DNA from: a virus
Lineage: Duplodnaviria > Caudoviricetes
Length of the DNA: 64,000 nt
Strand: one strand, 5' to 3'
IMG/VR virus record: IMGVR_UViG_3300020577_002484
Span: 12,858-76,857 of that record
Shown: in pieces, positions 46,748 to 56,461 of the stretch
Layout of the letters: each line of letters begins with the position of its first letter
How positions within the stretch are numbered: the stretch's first letter is position 1
Notes under the pieces: generated by a model
Database searches by the model: none
The model's input: the letters and a program-made list of their open reading frames with translations, nothing else
Told to the model about the DNA's origin: nothing
Made by a program: the position numbers and the translations under genes

Positions 46748-47584
46748 TTAACCGTTAAGGACTTGCTTTCTGAAATTTTTGCGATACTGTTCAGGAGTCA
46801 TTTGGGAGGGGTCCATAGTTCCACGAGAACCAGTGTTACCTTGTCCGCCCACTCCATTGTTCGCAGTATCCTTGAAGAGGTTTCCATACTTCTCAGGGGT
46901 GTCTTTCATAATTTTCACGGCCTCTTGTACCGTAATATCGAGAATCGCAGGTTTCTTGTCCTTGTCCAAGGTCGGCATTTTGACTTTCGTCTGGAATTCC
47001 CCGGTGGGGTTACCTTCTGCGTCTTGGACCTCGACAACGCGGGCATTGCCGCGAATCATGGCAGCAATCTGATCCGGATCAAAGGCACCACTAGATGCGG
47101 CAGCATCTGAAATTTCTCGGGCGATAGTCGATTCCTTGTACCGTCTTTCCCAAGCTTCTGCCGACTGCTTTGCAGCAGTAATATCCGTGGTATACTGGTT
47201 CTTGAGCTTCTCTTGTTCCTTGCGGGCAAGCTCTTCTTTGGACATAAGAGTCTCATTGAGTTCAGTAATCTTAGTCTCAAGAGACTGCTTTTGCTGAGCC
47301 GTGAGTCCGTGATCCTTCTTCAACTTTTCCAGTTCCGTAATCGTTTTACGAGTTGCTTCCTCGCCACGAGTACGTTCCTGTTCGATCATCTTGGCCACCT
47401 CTTCCTTGGTGTAGGTCTGAGGGGTGTTGCCACCTTCTCCAGCACCTGCTCCAGTTCCAGTTCCGGCCCCAGCACCTGCTCCGGTACCAGTACCGGCTCC
47501 AGCACCTGCTCCAGAACCTTCACCTTCCATGATACGATCGAAGGAATCAGTCACGACACAGTTGATGATAAAGTTTTTCTTCAT
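46748..47584 (-). CDS. Capsid scaffolding protein
   Basis: Gly/Ala/Thr linker, TYTKEEV, coiled coil, P..YG.LF and ..GG.G C-terminus; GGAG RBS before 47584. Confidence 0.8.
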   Translation of the reverse strand: MKKNFIINCVVTDSFDRIMEGEGSGAGAGAGTGTGAGAGAGTGTGAGAGEGGNTPQTYTKEEVAKMIEQERTRGEEATRKTITELEKLKKDHGLTAQQKQSLETKITELNETLMSKEELARKEQEKLKNQYTTDITAAKQSAEAWERRYKESTIAREISDAAASSGAFDPDQIAAMIRGNARVVEVQDAEGNPTGEFQTKVKMPTLDKDKKPAILDITVQEAVKIMKDTPEKYGNLFKDTANNGVGGQGNTGSRGTMDPSQMTPEQYRKNFRKQVLNG

Positions 47585-47603
47585 TAGTTTCTCCGAATTC
47601 AAA

Positions 47604-48119
47604 TTAACTTGTCCGACTCACAATCAATGAGCCATGTTGTCTGAGATACGGTTTGATATACAGCCAAGCCTCTAACGATGGTATACCGGCTAGTATATGG
47701 TCAGGAACTTTGTTACGATCGTAGTTAGTATTCACAGGACCAATCCTGTGTTGCGTAACTGACAGATCCATTAGTTCCATTTCGGTATCCCTACCATCGA
47801 GCAGAGACAGGGCGATTAAGCATGTCGCTATAACGATGTTTTTAGGGATTGTGGTATCCGTACCACGAGGGAATTGACGAGATTGATTCTCATCAGCTTT
47901 TTCACCTAAGAAATTCAACCGATCAATCATTCTAGTGGCTGATCTCAGTGCTTTATCTTGATCGGCTTCTGAAGCCCCATCCCAAGCTGCCGTACCGAGC
48001 ATTTCCAAAAAGACTTGATTAGCGGTATCAATCGAGCAATAAGGGGAAATACTAACGAAAACTGAAACATTGTCACTTGGCTGAAGGTCATCACTAAGGC
48101 TTTGGTCAACATCTGCCAT
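47604..48119 (-). CDS. Head-tail adaptor (gp15/DnaT_2-like)
   Basis: Y.S...A, W..A...D..KAL..AT..ID.L.F.G.K....Q.RQFPR. Confidence 0.75.
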   Translation of the reverse strand: MADVDQSLSDDLQPSDNVSVFVSISPYCSIDTANQVFLEMLGTAAWDGASEADQDKALRSATRMIDRLNFLGEKADENQSRQFPRGTDTTIPKNIVIATCLIALSLLDGRDTEMELMDLSVTQHRIGPVNTNYDRNKVPDHILAGIPSLEAWLYIKPYLRQHGSLIVSRTS

Positions 48120-49891
48120 TAGTCATTCCTCCCTACATTCTTTTTACCAATTCCCCGTTTTTCCTTCCCTTGCTTTTCTTTTTGAGAAGCCTTAGGGTCA
48201 GTGGAAAGGTCTTTCACACCTCTAGCACCCGGATCTCCACCAACAGGACCATTATCGGCTGGTCCCATCTTCGCATCACTTTGTGCTTGTGCAATCTGGG
48301 TTGCTCGTTCGATAAATTCCTCTTCAGCCTTGTCAGCTTCACCTTCAGGGTATCCTCTGAGCTTGCTACCAAGTTCCTTACTGCAAACACCAGCTTCAAC
48401 ATCTTGGATCAAGGTAGCTGGATCACAGACAATATTTTCGAGAACATCAATTTCACTGTTGATTCTCTCAAGAGTCTCTGTGGGCACCTTGGATTCAAGA
48501 AGTGTTCGCATTGCTGATTTGGCAAGTTCCTTCTTACCAGTTAATGAAGGTATACGAGGAATTAAGTCGATGCACTTACTGGCTTCGTCGCGACGTTCGT
48601 CATCACTCTTTAGTCTGTAGTTGGTAGGATACCGGATGAAAGCCTGATCCTCGTTCTCATACATACTCCAAAGTTCAGCCAAACATCGTTCACCATACTC
48701 CAACTCCAACCCGATGTAACTAAGACCGTTTTCAAGACTACGATCATCAGCTACTTTGCTAGTATCACTAGCTCTCACAGGGTTGAGGTTCATAATGGTC
48801 AGGCTCAGCATCAATCTGATCTCAGATTTGAGTTGATCCTGTTTCTCCATCGAAGCCTTCATTGGTTCAGCAGAAGGATGAATGAATCCCGGACGATCCA
48901 AATTCTTGTGGTACACTCTACCACGCATGGACCCGACTTGGATTTCTTCATCAGAAGCCTTACCAGCGGACTTTTCAGTACCACTTACAGTAGAATTCTC
49001 ATCCCTATCTGCGTCAGAATCTCCCATCCTGAGGAACTCAGAAGTCATCTTCTGGTTCATGTCTTGTTGCTCAGTATAGAAGGTATGATTCGCGTTCATC
49101 GCGAAAGACATATCCGATGAGGCAAGATTCAGTAGAGCGATCTGATAATCCGCAATGTCTTTCATCAAACTGGATGACAGTTCAAGGATAACAAAGGGTA
49201 TTTTCGTCAAATTGAGTTCGACTGGTTGTGAATATACTGAATTATTGGGGTCTTCTCCGTGTAATTGCATCATTACACGACCATTTTCCCCTATCCACAT
49301 TCGACGGTAAGAGGTATTATACCCTATTGGGAAACCACTCTCTTCATCGTATTGGTAACCTGTATCTTGGAGCAGAATACTCGAAATGTTGAAACTCTCA
49401 TCATAGTCCCAACACAGGATCTCTTCAGCTTTGTAGATGTAGGCATATGGTCTCAGACCAAGATTTGACGCAATATCTGGGCCTCTTTTGGGTGGTTTGT
49501 CGAGGAAAATCCCTACTTTACCCATAGAAAGCAGTTCTGGTAGCACTTTGAAGCCTAAGAAACCGTTCATTGAGTTTCCGCGACGATCAACACCACCGTT
49601 ATTACCATCAATTACGTCCCTATATGACTTGGGACCACCTCGTCGAACAATATCTACCATTCTCTGGAAGATAGAGTTCTTAACTTCATCAACTGCAACT
49701 TTCGCAAAAGAGGGAGAGTAGCTAATAAGTTTGCGTCTAGCAAAATCATTAGCATCTTCTCTTTTGCTGAATTGTTGCAGGTATCTATCACGGAAAGTTG
49801 AGCCTCCGTAGTAGCACATCCGCCACTTGTCCCAATCCAAAGAGGATTCCAAGTAGTAGGGATGTCTCAATCCACCTATTCCTTGTACCAT
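48119..49891 (-). CDS. Portal protein
   Basis: YL..FSKRE...DF..RK, IPFV, DIA..QIA..NL.S; follows the terminase. Confidence 0.85.
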   Translation of the reverse strand: MVQGIGGLRHPYYLESSLDWDKWRMCYYGGSTFRDRYLQQFSKREDANDFARRKLISYSPSFAKVAVDEVKNSIFQRMVDIVRRGGPKSYRDVIDGNNGGVDRRGNSMNGFLGFKVLPELLSMGKVGIFLDKPPKRGPDIASNLGLRPYAYIYKAEEILCWDYDESFNISSILLQDTGYQYDEESGFPIGYNTSYRRMWIGENGRVMMQLHGEDPNNSVYSQPVELNLTKIPFVILELSSSLMKDIADYQIALLNLASSDMSFAMNANHTFYTEQQDMNQKMTSEFLRMGDSDADRDENSTVSGTEKSAGKASDEEIQVGSMRGRVYHKNLDRPGFIHPSAEPMKASMEKQDQLKSEIRLMLSLTIMNLNPVRASDTSKVADDRSLENGLSYIGLELEYGERCLAELWSMYENEDQAFIRYPTNYRLKSDDERRDEASKCIDLIPRIPSLTGKKELAKSAMRTLLESKVPTETLERINSEIDVLENIVCDPATLIQDVEAGVCSKELGSKLRGYPEGEADKAEEEFIERATQIAQAQSDAKMGPADNGPVGGDPGARGVKDLSTDPKASQKEKQGKEKRGIGKKNVGRND

Positions 49892-51541
49892 TTACTCTCT
49901 AATATCCTCATTTTCGCCAGCACCTAAAGCGAATCTGAAGGCTAACTCTGAGTAGTTTCGAGCATGTGCGAAGTGGTCTGCTACCCCTTCACCAATCTCA
50001 TACCTACCCATAGGGTTACCATCAGCATCTCTTAGGTATCGTCTGACGGGGGCTTTGATGTGGTCTTTGTACGCTGTAGGAGTGTCAATAGGGAGACTTA
50101 TTGTCTTATTTTTGAACCTTCCAAGGGAAATATCAAGCCAAGAAGTTCTATCAACCTTGATAATTGGCTCAATATCGTCATCTTTTGACGTTAAGATCGT
50201 TCTTCCGACCTTATTTTGTGTATAGTAACAAACGTGTGCCCGACCATAGAATCGTCTAGCAAACTGCAATGACAATCTACGTTCGGGTTGGGCATCAATC
50301 ACAGCATGGCATATATTGTACCTTTTCATCAACTTGTCCAAGTCTGAAAAGTCAACTACCGTGCCCATTCTAAGACAAATACACATGCTATCTAAGGCTA
50401 CATCATTGCTGGTATTCTTCTTAGGAGGCTTCCACCAGTCAATCTCGTAGTGGCATTCAGCCCCAACGTCAATTCCCATGGTAATGATACCATCAGGGAT
50501 TGGGTCGTCGAATCTATTCTTATACCCCTTAATGATAGCGTAGTCAACCTGTTCGTCGTTGATTCGTGCACCTTCGACAGCATGGGTCAGACCTAGTTTA
50601 CTGTTGTAGAATTCCTGTTCAACAGTTGGATCTTTCTTGCTGTCAAAGAACATTTTTGCAATAGCTTGTGGCTTAACGGCTGAAGAATACAGTTGGCTGA
50701 CTGAAAATCCTCGGCTGAGGGCTTGTGGCTTCCTTGGTACCCATACCCCAGAAGCGAGATACTCCCATTTACCATCATGAGAAAGTTTATTTTTACATTC
50801 CGTACATTGCAGATAACTATCTACAATTCTAGGATCTTCACCGTGTTCGGCAGTGATGACCAGTGACTCTGGGAATGAGAAAATAATCTTTCTACTACAA
50901 CAGGGGCAGGTGAAGAAGAACTGTTCCTTTGTGGATTCTTCATGGTACTTGTCGATACCTCTGCCAGCTATGGTAGGAGTAGAGATCATCCAAATCTCTT
51001 TTTCCATTTGTCCGGATGTGCGTTCAAGTGCAAGAGCGATATTCTCTTGCACCATAACCTCAACCTCATCGAGGATGAGAAAGGCCACCGGAACCGATCG
51101 AAGCCCAGCTTTAGACTGACTGCCTCTAATCATCATACTGGCAGAGCCAGCACGCTTCAAAGAGACATTCTTCACATTACTGAACATATTTGCCAGATGT
51201 GGAGAAAGTTCTAGGGCACCATCAAACCGTGAAGCTGAAAAATCAGTTGCATCGGGTGTCTTGGATGGTAGGACATAGAGGCAGTCTTTTCCCTCAATAT
51301 CAATCTTATAGAAGGCTAAGTTGAGGACCACTTCAGTGAACCCCATCTGTGCAGCCTTCATACCAACATTCATTTCACACTTGGAGTCGTGCATTTCACG
51401 AGTCCAAGGGTGGTATTTATAACTCCATTTCCCCGATGGACCTACCCGATAGGCTTCTGCCCATCGGGATGGTGACACTACCCCTTTCCGGATTAGGCCA
51501 CTAGCAAGTCTCTCAGAGATGATTTTCGCAATAGCGTGCAT
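49892..51541 (-). CDS. terL: Terminase large subunit (lambda gpA-like)
   Basis: KAAQMGFTE, LILDEV, ISTPT, CPCC/CTEC zinc motif, QEFYNSKLG, MGIDVG, VIDAQP. Confidence 0.9.
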   Translation of the reverse strand: MHAIAKIISERLASGLIRKGVVSPSRWAEAYRVGPSGKWSYKYHPWTREMHDSKCEMNVGMKAAQMGFTEVVLNLAFYKIDIEGKDCLYVLPSKTPDATDFSASRFDGALELSPHLANMFSNVKNVSLKRAGSASMMIRGSQSKAGLRSVPVAFLILDEVEVMVQENIALALERTSGQMEKEIWMISTPTIAGRGIDKYHEESTKEQFFFTCPCCSRKIIFSFPESLVITAEHGEDPRIVDSYLQCTECKNKLSHDGKWEYLASGVWVPRKPQALSRGFSVSQLYSSAVKPQAIAKMFFDSKKDPTVEQEFYNSKLGLTHAVEGARINDEQVDYAIIKGYKNRFDDPIPDGIITMGIDVGAECHYEIDWWKPPKKNTSNDVALDSMCICLRMGTVVDFSDLDKLMKRYNICHAVIDAQPERRLSLQFARRFYGRAHVCYYTQNKVGRTILTSKDDDIEPIIKVDRTSWLDISLGRFKNKTISLPIDTPTAYKDHIKAPVRRYLRDADGNPMGRYEIGEGVADHFAHARNYSELAFRFALGAGENEDIRE

Positions 51542-51543
51542 GA

Positions 51544-52083
51544 TTATTTCGGGTCTATGGCAGGTTCCAGTGCGTCTAGTGCCTTAACCATATCATCTGA
51601 TATGGCAGCAATAACGTCTGGATCTGTACAGTGTTTTCCGATGATCTCGATAAAGTTACCTGCAAGATGAAGTGCTGCACTCTTGTCGAGTAACATGCCA
51701 CTGGATTTCTCCAAGTGGTGGCAACTGACCACAAGTTTCTCAATCTTGAGGATCAGATCAGCAATTTTGTTCGACATGGCGACCAATTGTGCGGAATCCA
51801 CGCACATATTGATCAATTCTTCGAGGGCCATTCTAAGGACGGCGATCTCTTCCCGTAGGGACTTGATGTTTGGGTTGATGGCTTTCTCATCGACTCGGCT
51901 CTGCCATTGACCAAGTCTCAGATTCTTAATAGTTTCCCTCTTCTCAGTAATTTGTGGCCCTTGGAGATGCATCTTGCAATATTCTTTACCCGGTAATGCC
52001 TCAATGGTACATTGACCACTACTCATCATGCCCTTGCAACGACGAGGATCGTCAGGACCAACGACGTATTTCTCTTCACTCAT
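51544..52083 (-). CDS. Putative terminase small subunit
   Basis: C.G....GQC...A..GK..C.MH followed by helical LREEIA.LR; directly upstream of terL. Confidence 0.6.
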   Translation of the reverse strand: MSEEKYVVGPDDPRRCKGMMSSGQCTIEALPGKEYCKMHLQGPQITEKRETIKNLRLGQWQSRVDEKAINPNIKSLREEIAVLRMALEELINMCVDSAQLVAMSNKIADLILKIEKLVVSCHHLEKSSGMLLDKSAALHLAGNFIEIIGKHCTDPDVIAAISDDMVKALDALEPAIDPK

Positions 52084-52621
52084 CGTTATTTGCCTTGAAT
52101 TTTAGGGTCCAGAGGATATTATTGTCTCTATCCTCTTGGGCCAGTTCTAAGAAGTTTGAGTAGCTTGACAGTTTCATAAGACCGAGTATTTCGGTTAGAA
52201 CCTTATCAAGAACGATACCTCTGGCTAGTCCAGCCTTAGAGGTGTAGTAATAAAGACCTTTTGAGCAGGTTATCTTGTTGAGATATTGAGCGGTTAAGTT
52301 TTCCTTGATAGCACGAATGATGACGCCTGAGACTTCTGAGCTTGGTACGTTTACCGTATTGAATGAGAGAAAAGCAAGTCGCCACATTTGCATATTGGAC
52401 TCAGTTTTGTCCAAAAATGAGACGTAGATGCTGTTACCTTCTCTCATATACCTGTAACAAACGTACTTCTCTAACGCAAGAATGTCGAACCCCTGCTGTA
52501 CTGTTAAGGTACAGTTGGGGTCGACAAACTGTCTTGCGTTGGAAAGATTCTCTGCCATTTCCTCTATGGAGTATGGACTATCTTTTGTGTATATCTGTCT
52601 TGTCCAATCATCGGCTGGCAT
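52076..52621 (-). CDS. Hypothetical protein
   Basis: ORF of 181 aa in the late operon. Confidence 0.65.
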   Translation of the reverse strand: MPADDWTRQIYTKDSPYSIEEMAENLSNARQFVDPNCTLTVQQGFDILALEKYVCYRYMREGNSIYVSFLDKTESNMQMWRLAFLSFNTVNVPSSEVSGVIIRAIKENLTAQYLNKITCSKGLYYYTSKAGLARGIVLDKVLTEILGLMKLSSYSNFLELAQEDRDNNILWTLKFKANNDE

Positions 52622-52624
52622 AAT

Positions 52625-53146
52625 TTACTCCCAAAGGAATGGTAGGATAGCCCTCTTACTTTTGGTAGAACCACCACCTCCACCACCTGCTGAGTAGGTT
52701 AGGTCAACGTAGGCACAAATGAAGTTTGCAGACTCTTGTTTACCCATAGTTGGGGAGGTAATCTGAAGTCTAGAACTTAGTCCTGTGGTTCCAATACTGA
52801 GTGAAGAGTAGCTCTTTGTGACCCATGCGTAGGAGGTTGATAATGTTATTGCACCTGACCCTAGGAAAGAGTTAAGGAACAAATTCACAGTGAATGCATT
52901 CAGAGCAGTTCCGTTGGCATTATCAAACTTAGCATAAAGGTGAACCACAGCAGAGGTAATGGTACCAGAAGTGCCAGGAGCAGCTAAGTTCCACTCCTGA
53001 GCTTCATTGTCATCCGTTGAGAGGCATTTCACCGCAGCCGCAGAAGGTGTTGATGGATCAACCGTTGTCAGATCGAAGTTCGTATAGTCGTAAGTACCCC
53101 ACAGAGTGTTGTAATTACCACTTGGTCGAATGATCTGTGTAGCCAT
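52625..53146 (-). CDS. Hypothetical virion-like beta protein
   Basis: Ser/Thr-rich, ends YVDLTY-GGGGG. Confidence 0.6.
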   Translation of the reverse strand: MATQIIRPSGNYNTLWGTYDYTNFDLTTVDPSTPSAAAVKCLSTDDNEAQEWNLAAPGTSGTITSAVVHLYAKFDNANGTALNAFTVNLFLNSFLGSGAITLSTSYAWVTKSYSSLSIGTTGLSSRLQITSPTMGKQESANFICAYVDLTYSAGGGGGGSTKSKRAILPFLWE

Positions 53147-54546
53147 TAGAATCCTCCAGATGGGGTAAGCAGGTAGCCTACATAGTCCCCTGATCCTCTT
53201 CTTCTGATGACTACCTCATCAATCTTATTAACACCAGTAGCGAGTATTGGTGCAGAACCTTCTACCCAATTGATACCTGATGGCCATGTTACGGTATTGT
53301 TACCAGAACTGGGTTGTTTGATCGCCAAGTGTATGGCCCCACCATCTTTATCGTTATAGAATGAGAAGGTAGGGTTACCAGCTAAAGTAATACTGTGGAA
53401 GTTTGAAAGTGACCAGTTAATTAGAGGTGTACCACTATAGGTAATTGCATTGATGTCTCTGAATGTTCCCTTGTTTTTCACATAGCCGTTGTGGAAGACA
53501 TAACCTGTGCTTGAACCGGGGGAAAGAATGATTGTCGAAGATGACCCTGTCGAGGTGAAGGTTAGTGAGCCAGAACCTGTGATAGACCCATTAGTAGTTC
53601 CAGTACCACCATACCCGACAGCAATAGTAGTACCGTTCCAGACTCCAGTAGAAATTGTACCGAGAGTCGTGATACTTGACTGACCGACATAAGCAGAGTC
53701 AATGTCAATAGAATTAGCATTGACAAGGATACGATTACTCGTCCCAACGACATTGAGTACGTTACCACTTCTAACAAGTCCTGCTCCTGCCATGTAAGTG
53801 CTGAAGCTGATCAGATTGAAAGTAATGGCATCAGTACCAATTACTGCACCATTAGAGGTGCACATCCAAACAGAGTCAGCGTAGTTAGTACCCTCTCGAC
53901 AAGGTATTAGGGAACCTTCTGAAGTTATTCCGACATCAAAGTCGTTGCGTCTTACCGGAGGGGAAGAAGTCTGGACGGTATAGATACCGTTCTGGGAACC
54001 TGTAGTCTGTGCAGTAACAAGGACATCATTACCAGCCGATAAGGTCACCCCATCAATCACATAACCAGCAATGATGGATGAAAGTGTGACGTTGCTGTCT
54101 AAGACGCAGCGAACCCTCTTTTTGGAAGGGTTGTTGAGTAGATCAAAGTATCTTAAGGCATCATTCGATGAGGTCGGGGCCGCGAGATCAGTGAGTTTGT
54201 TGCTCCCCATTGATTGATCAGCAGTAAAGGCGTTAGTACCTTTAGCGTTGATCAGGTCAGCTGCTGGGGAGACAAGGAACACCTCCTTAGTTCCTGCGGA
54301 CCAACTCACTTTAGAGTCAGAGTTGCTTGAGGATTTGACCGTGACTCTAGTGAGGGTATCGGAGGAATAAACCCCTTCGACCACTTCAAAGTCAACACCA
54401 TCAGTGATGCAGAACGTACAAGAATCTGAGTTGGAAAGTCTCGAACCGAAGGACTGGTGTCCGGGTCTGGCCCCAGACAAAGTAAGGGTACCGGTACCGG
54501 TTGTGGTCGAGGTTTCCATTACTCTATCGAAGAGCTTATATGACAT
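53146..54546 (-). CDS. Fibre-like virion protein
   Basis: DRVMETSTTTGTGTLTL N-terminus and GDRV-like VL..AQT..SQNGIY module typical of phage fibre proteins. Confidence 0.7.
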   Translation of the reverse strand: MSYKLFDRVMETSTTTGTGTLTLSGARPGHQSFGSRLSNSDSCTFCITDGVDFEVVEGVYSSDTLTRVTVKSSSNSDSKVSWSAGTKEVFLVSPAADLINAKGTNAFTADQSMGSNKLTDLAAPTSSNDALRYFDLLNNPSKKRVRCVLDSNVTLSSIIAGYVIDGVTLSAGNDVLVTAQTTGSQNGIYTVQTSSPPVRRNDFDVGITSEGSLIPCREGTNYADSVWMCTSNGAVIGTDAITFNLISFSTYMAGAGLVRSGNVLNVVGTSNRILVNANSIDIDSAYVGQSSITTLGTISTGVWNGTTIAVGYGGTGTTNGSITGSGSLTFTSTGSSSTIILSPGSSTGYVFHNGYVKNKGTFRDINAITYSGTPLINWSLSNFHSITLAGNPTFSFYNDKDGGAIHLAIKQPSSGNNTVTWPSGINWVEGSAPILATGVNKIDEVVIRRRGSGDYVGYLLTPSGGF

Positions 54547-54611
54547 TTGTTACCTCCTTCAGGTACCACCAAAAGCCTCTCACCATATTCATGATGAGAG
54601 GCTTAAGTGGT

Positions 54612-55586
54612 TTAGAGAATCTTCAACTTGTTAGGCTGAGGGGCAGGCTGAGGGGCTGGTTGGACAATAGGCTGAGGGGCCGGGTTGGTTAGAGCAGCGA
54701 CCTTCGCGTCGGCTGCTGCCTTATCGGCTGCTGCCTTATCGGCTGCTGCCTTATCGGCTGCTGCCTTATCGGCTGCTGCCTTGTCGGCTGCTGCCTTGTC
54801 GGCTGCTGCCTCTAGCTTGGCCTTATCAGCAGCAGCTTTGGCATCAGCTTCTTCCTTTAGCTTAGCGGCTTCAAGGTCAGCTTGGAGCTTCTTCTGTAAG
54901 GCTTCGGCATCTGCCGCTGCCTTGTCAGCTACCAATTTGGCTTGAGCGGCAGCGGCTTCTGCTTGAGCTTTGGCCTTAGCTGACGCCTCTTCAGCATCCT
55001 TTTGGACCTTCTCAGCAGCAGCTTTGCGTCGTTCAGCTTCCTGCTGAGCTTCTTCCGCCGCTTGGACCTGACGCTGATTGACCAAGCGTGCTTGGTTATC
55101 AGCCTCCTCCTTCAACCTGTCTGATAGTAGTCGGGCCTGTTCGGCACGAACTTTAGCTTCTTGGTCGAGCTTGTCCTGAGTGGATTGGATAGCCTCATGG
55201 ATAGCTGTTGGGTGGAGGGCGGTTCGAGTGGTGTTCGTTTGGACAGTTACAGAGAGTGGTGCTTCCACCGATTCTTTGGCTCTTGACTCGTCAGCATTCA
55301 CATATTCGAGACGAAAATAGTTCTCGAAGTGAATACTGACAGGTTTGGAGGGCATCACGAAAGAGAGGACACGGTTAACGGTAATGTTACCTTTGTCATC
55401 AACCTCTTTGTAGCTGATCTCAAGTTGTACACCTAACGGAATGCTGAAACCCACCTCACGAAGATCAGGAGGTAGGTGATTGTCACGTTCGGGGCAATCG
55501 AGGTCGGGTGGAGTAGGTTTGAGTCTAACCACCCGATCGACCGTCCCCACCCGTGCTTTCGGTAAAGCTAGGATGAAGTTTGCCAA
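54612..55586 (-). CDS. Hypothetical protein with an Ala/Lys-rich coiled coil and AAADK repeats
   Basis: Seven copies of a 15-nt unit at 54709-54810. Confidence 0.65.
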   Translation of the reverse strand: MANFILALPKARVGTVDRVVRLKPTPPDLDCPERDNHLPPDLREVGFSIPLGVQLEISYKEVDDKGNITVNRVLSFVMPSKPVSIHFENYFRLEYVNADESRAKESVEAPLSVTVQTNTTRTALHPTAIHEAIQSTQDKLDQEAKVRAEQARLLSDRLKEEADNQARLVNQRQVQAAEEAQQEAERRKAAAEKVQKDAEEASAKAKAQAEAAAAQAKLVADKAAADAEALQKKLQADLEAAKLKEEADAKAAADKAKLEAAADKAAADKAAADKAAADKAAADKAAADKAAADAKVAALTNPAPQPIVQPAPQPAPQPNKLKIL

Positions 55587-55596
55587 GAGTTAATCC

Positions 55597-56391
55597 TTAC
55601 GGAGAGGGTGCCGGGACGAAGGAAGCTGACGAGGTAGTCGGAGAACTGGTACTGTTACCACTGTTCGATGAACCCGGATAACGGGTCATCACAGGCAGAC
55701 GGTCCACAGGGATACCATCCGTGATCGGGACGAGGTCATCTTCCGTGGGTCTGTTGATCTCCGGAGGGACTTCGTCAATCATTTCTGTACTGGTGAACCA
55801 GTCGTTCGGATTGTACGATGAGAACACCTTGTCGTCGATCGTGTAGGCCGGATCGTCCATCTGTTTGGCCGGGACTTGTAGCAGTTCCGTTCCGACACGG
55901 TAGTAGACCCGTTGGATATACTGACCAACCAGACCAGCGAAGTCCGTGCTGATCTCAAGGGGACGAGCATTCTCCTGATGCTGAAAGCACTCGGTGAGGC
56001 AAGTGAGCATCAGACCGCAGTATTCCTTGAGCATTGCATTCCGCACAGTGAAGTACGGGACGGGGAAGACGATGAACTGTTCATAGGCTGGGACAGCATG
56101 GAGTGACTCCATGAAGGTCTCGCCCGGAGGGACAGCTCTGGAGGACAGGATGGATCGGGCACGGACGCAAAGCTTGCACACTCTCATGATGGTGTTTAGT
56201 GAGGGTGGGCGTCTGAGGGACGCATCAGTGTGGAACATGATCGCTTGCATGTTCCGACCGATCAGGCTGGTAAGTTGGAGGATGGTTGAGTTCTGGGTGC
56301 CACGGTCATTACCGAAGTTAGGCACAGCCAGACCAAGTTCTGCCCAGCCCGGCACATTGTACCAGAGAAAGGCGTCATTCGAGAAAGCCAT
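55597..56391 (-). CDS. Highly expressed hypothetical protein
   Basis: 264 aa with strongly GC3-biased codons like the capsid gene. Confidence 0.7.
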   Translation of the reverse strand: MAFSNDAFLWYNVPGWAELGLAVPNFGNDRGTQNSTILQLTSLIGRNMQAIMFHTDASLRRPPSLNTIMRVCKLCVRARSILSSRAVPPGETFMESLHAVPAYEQFIVFPVPYFTVRNAMLKEYCGLMLTCLTECFQHQENARPLEISTDFAGLVGQYIQRVYYRVGTELLQVPAKQMDDPAYTIDDKVFSSYNPNDWFTSTEMIDEVPPEINRPTEDDLVPITDGIPVDRLPVMTRYPGSSNSGNSTSSPTTSSASFVPAPSP

Positions 56392-56461
56392 TGTTCATTT
56401 TCCTTTGTTTGATAGAGATTAGGTATACAGACCTTTTGGGTCTGGAGAGGGTACGAACGAG

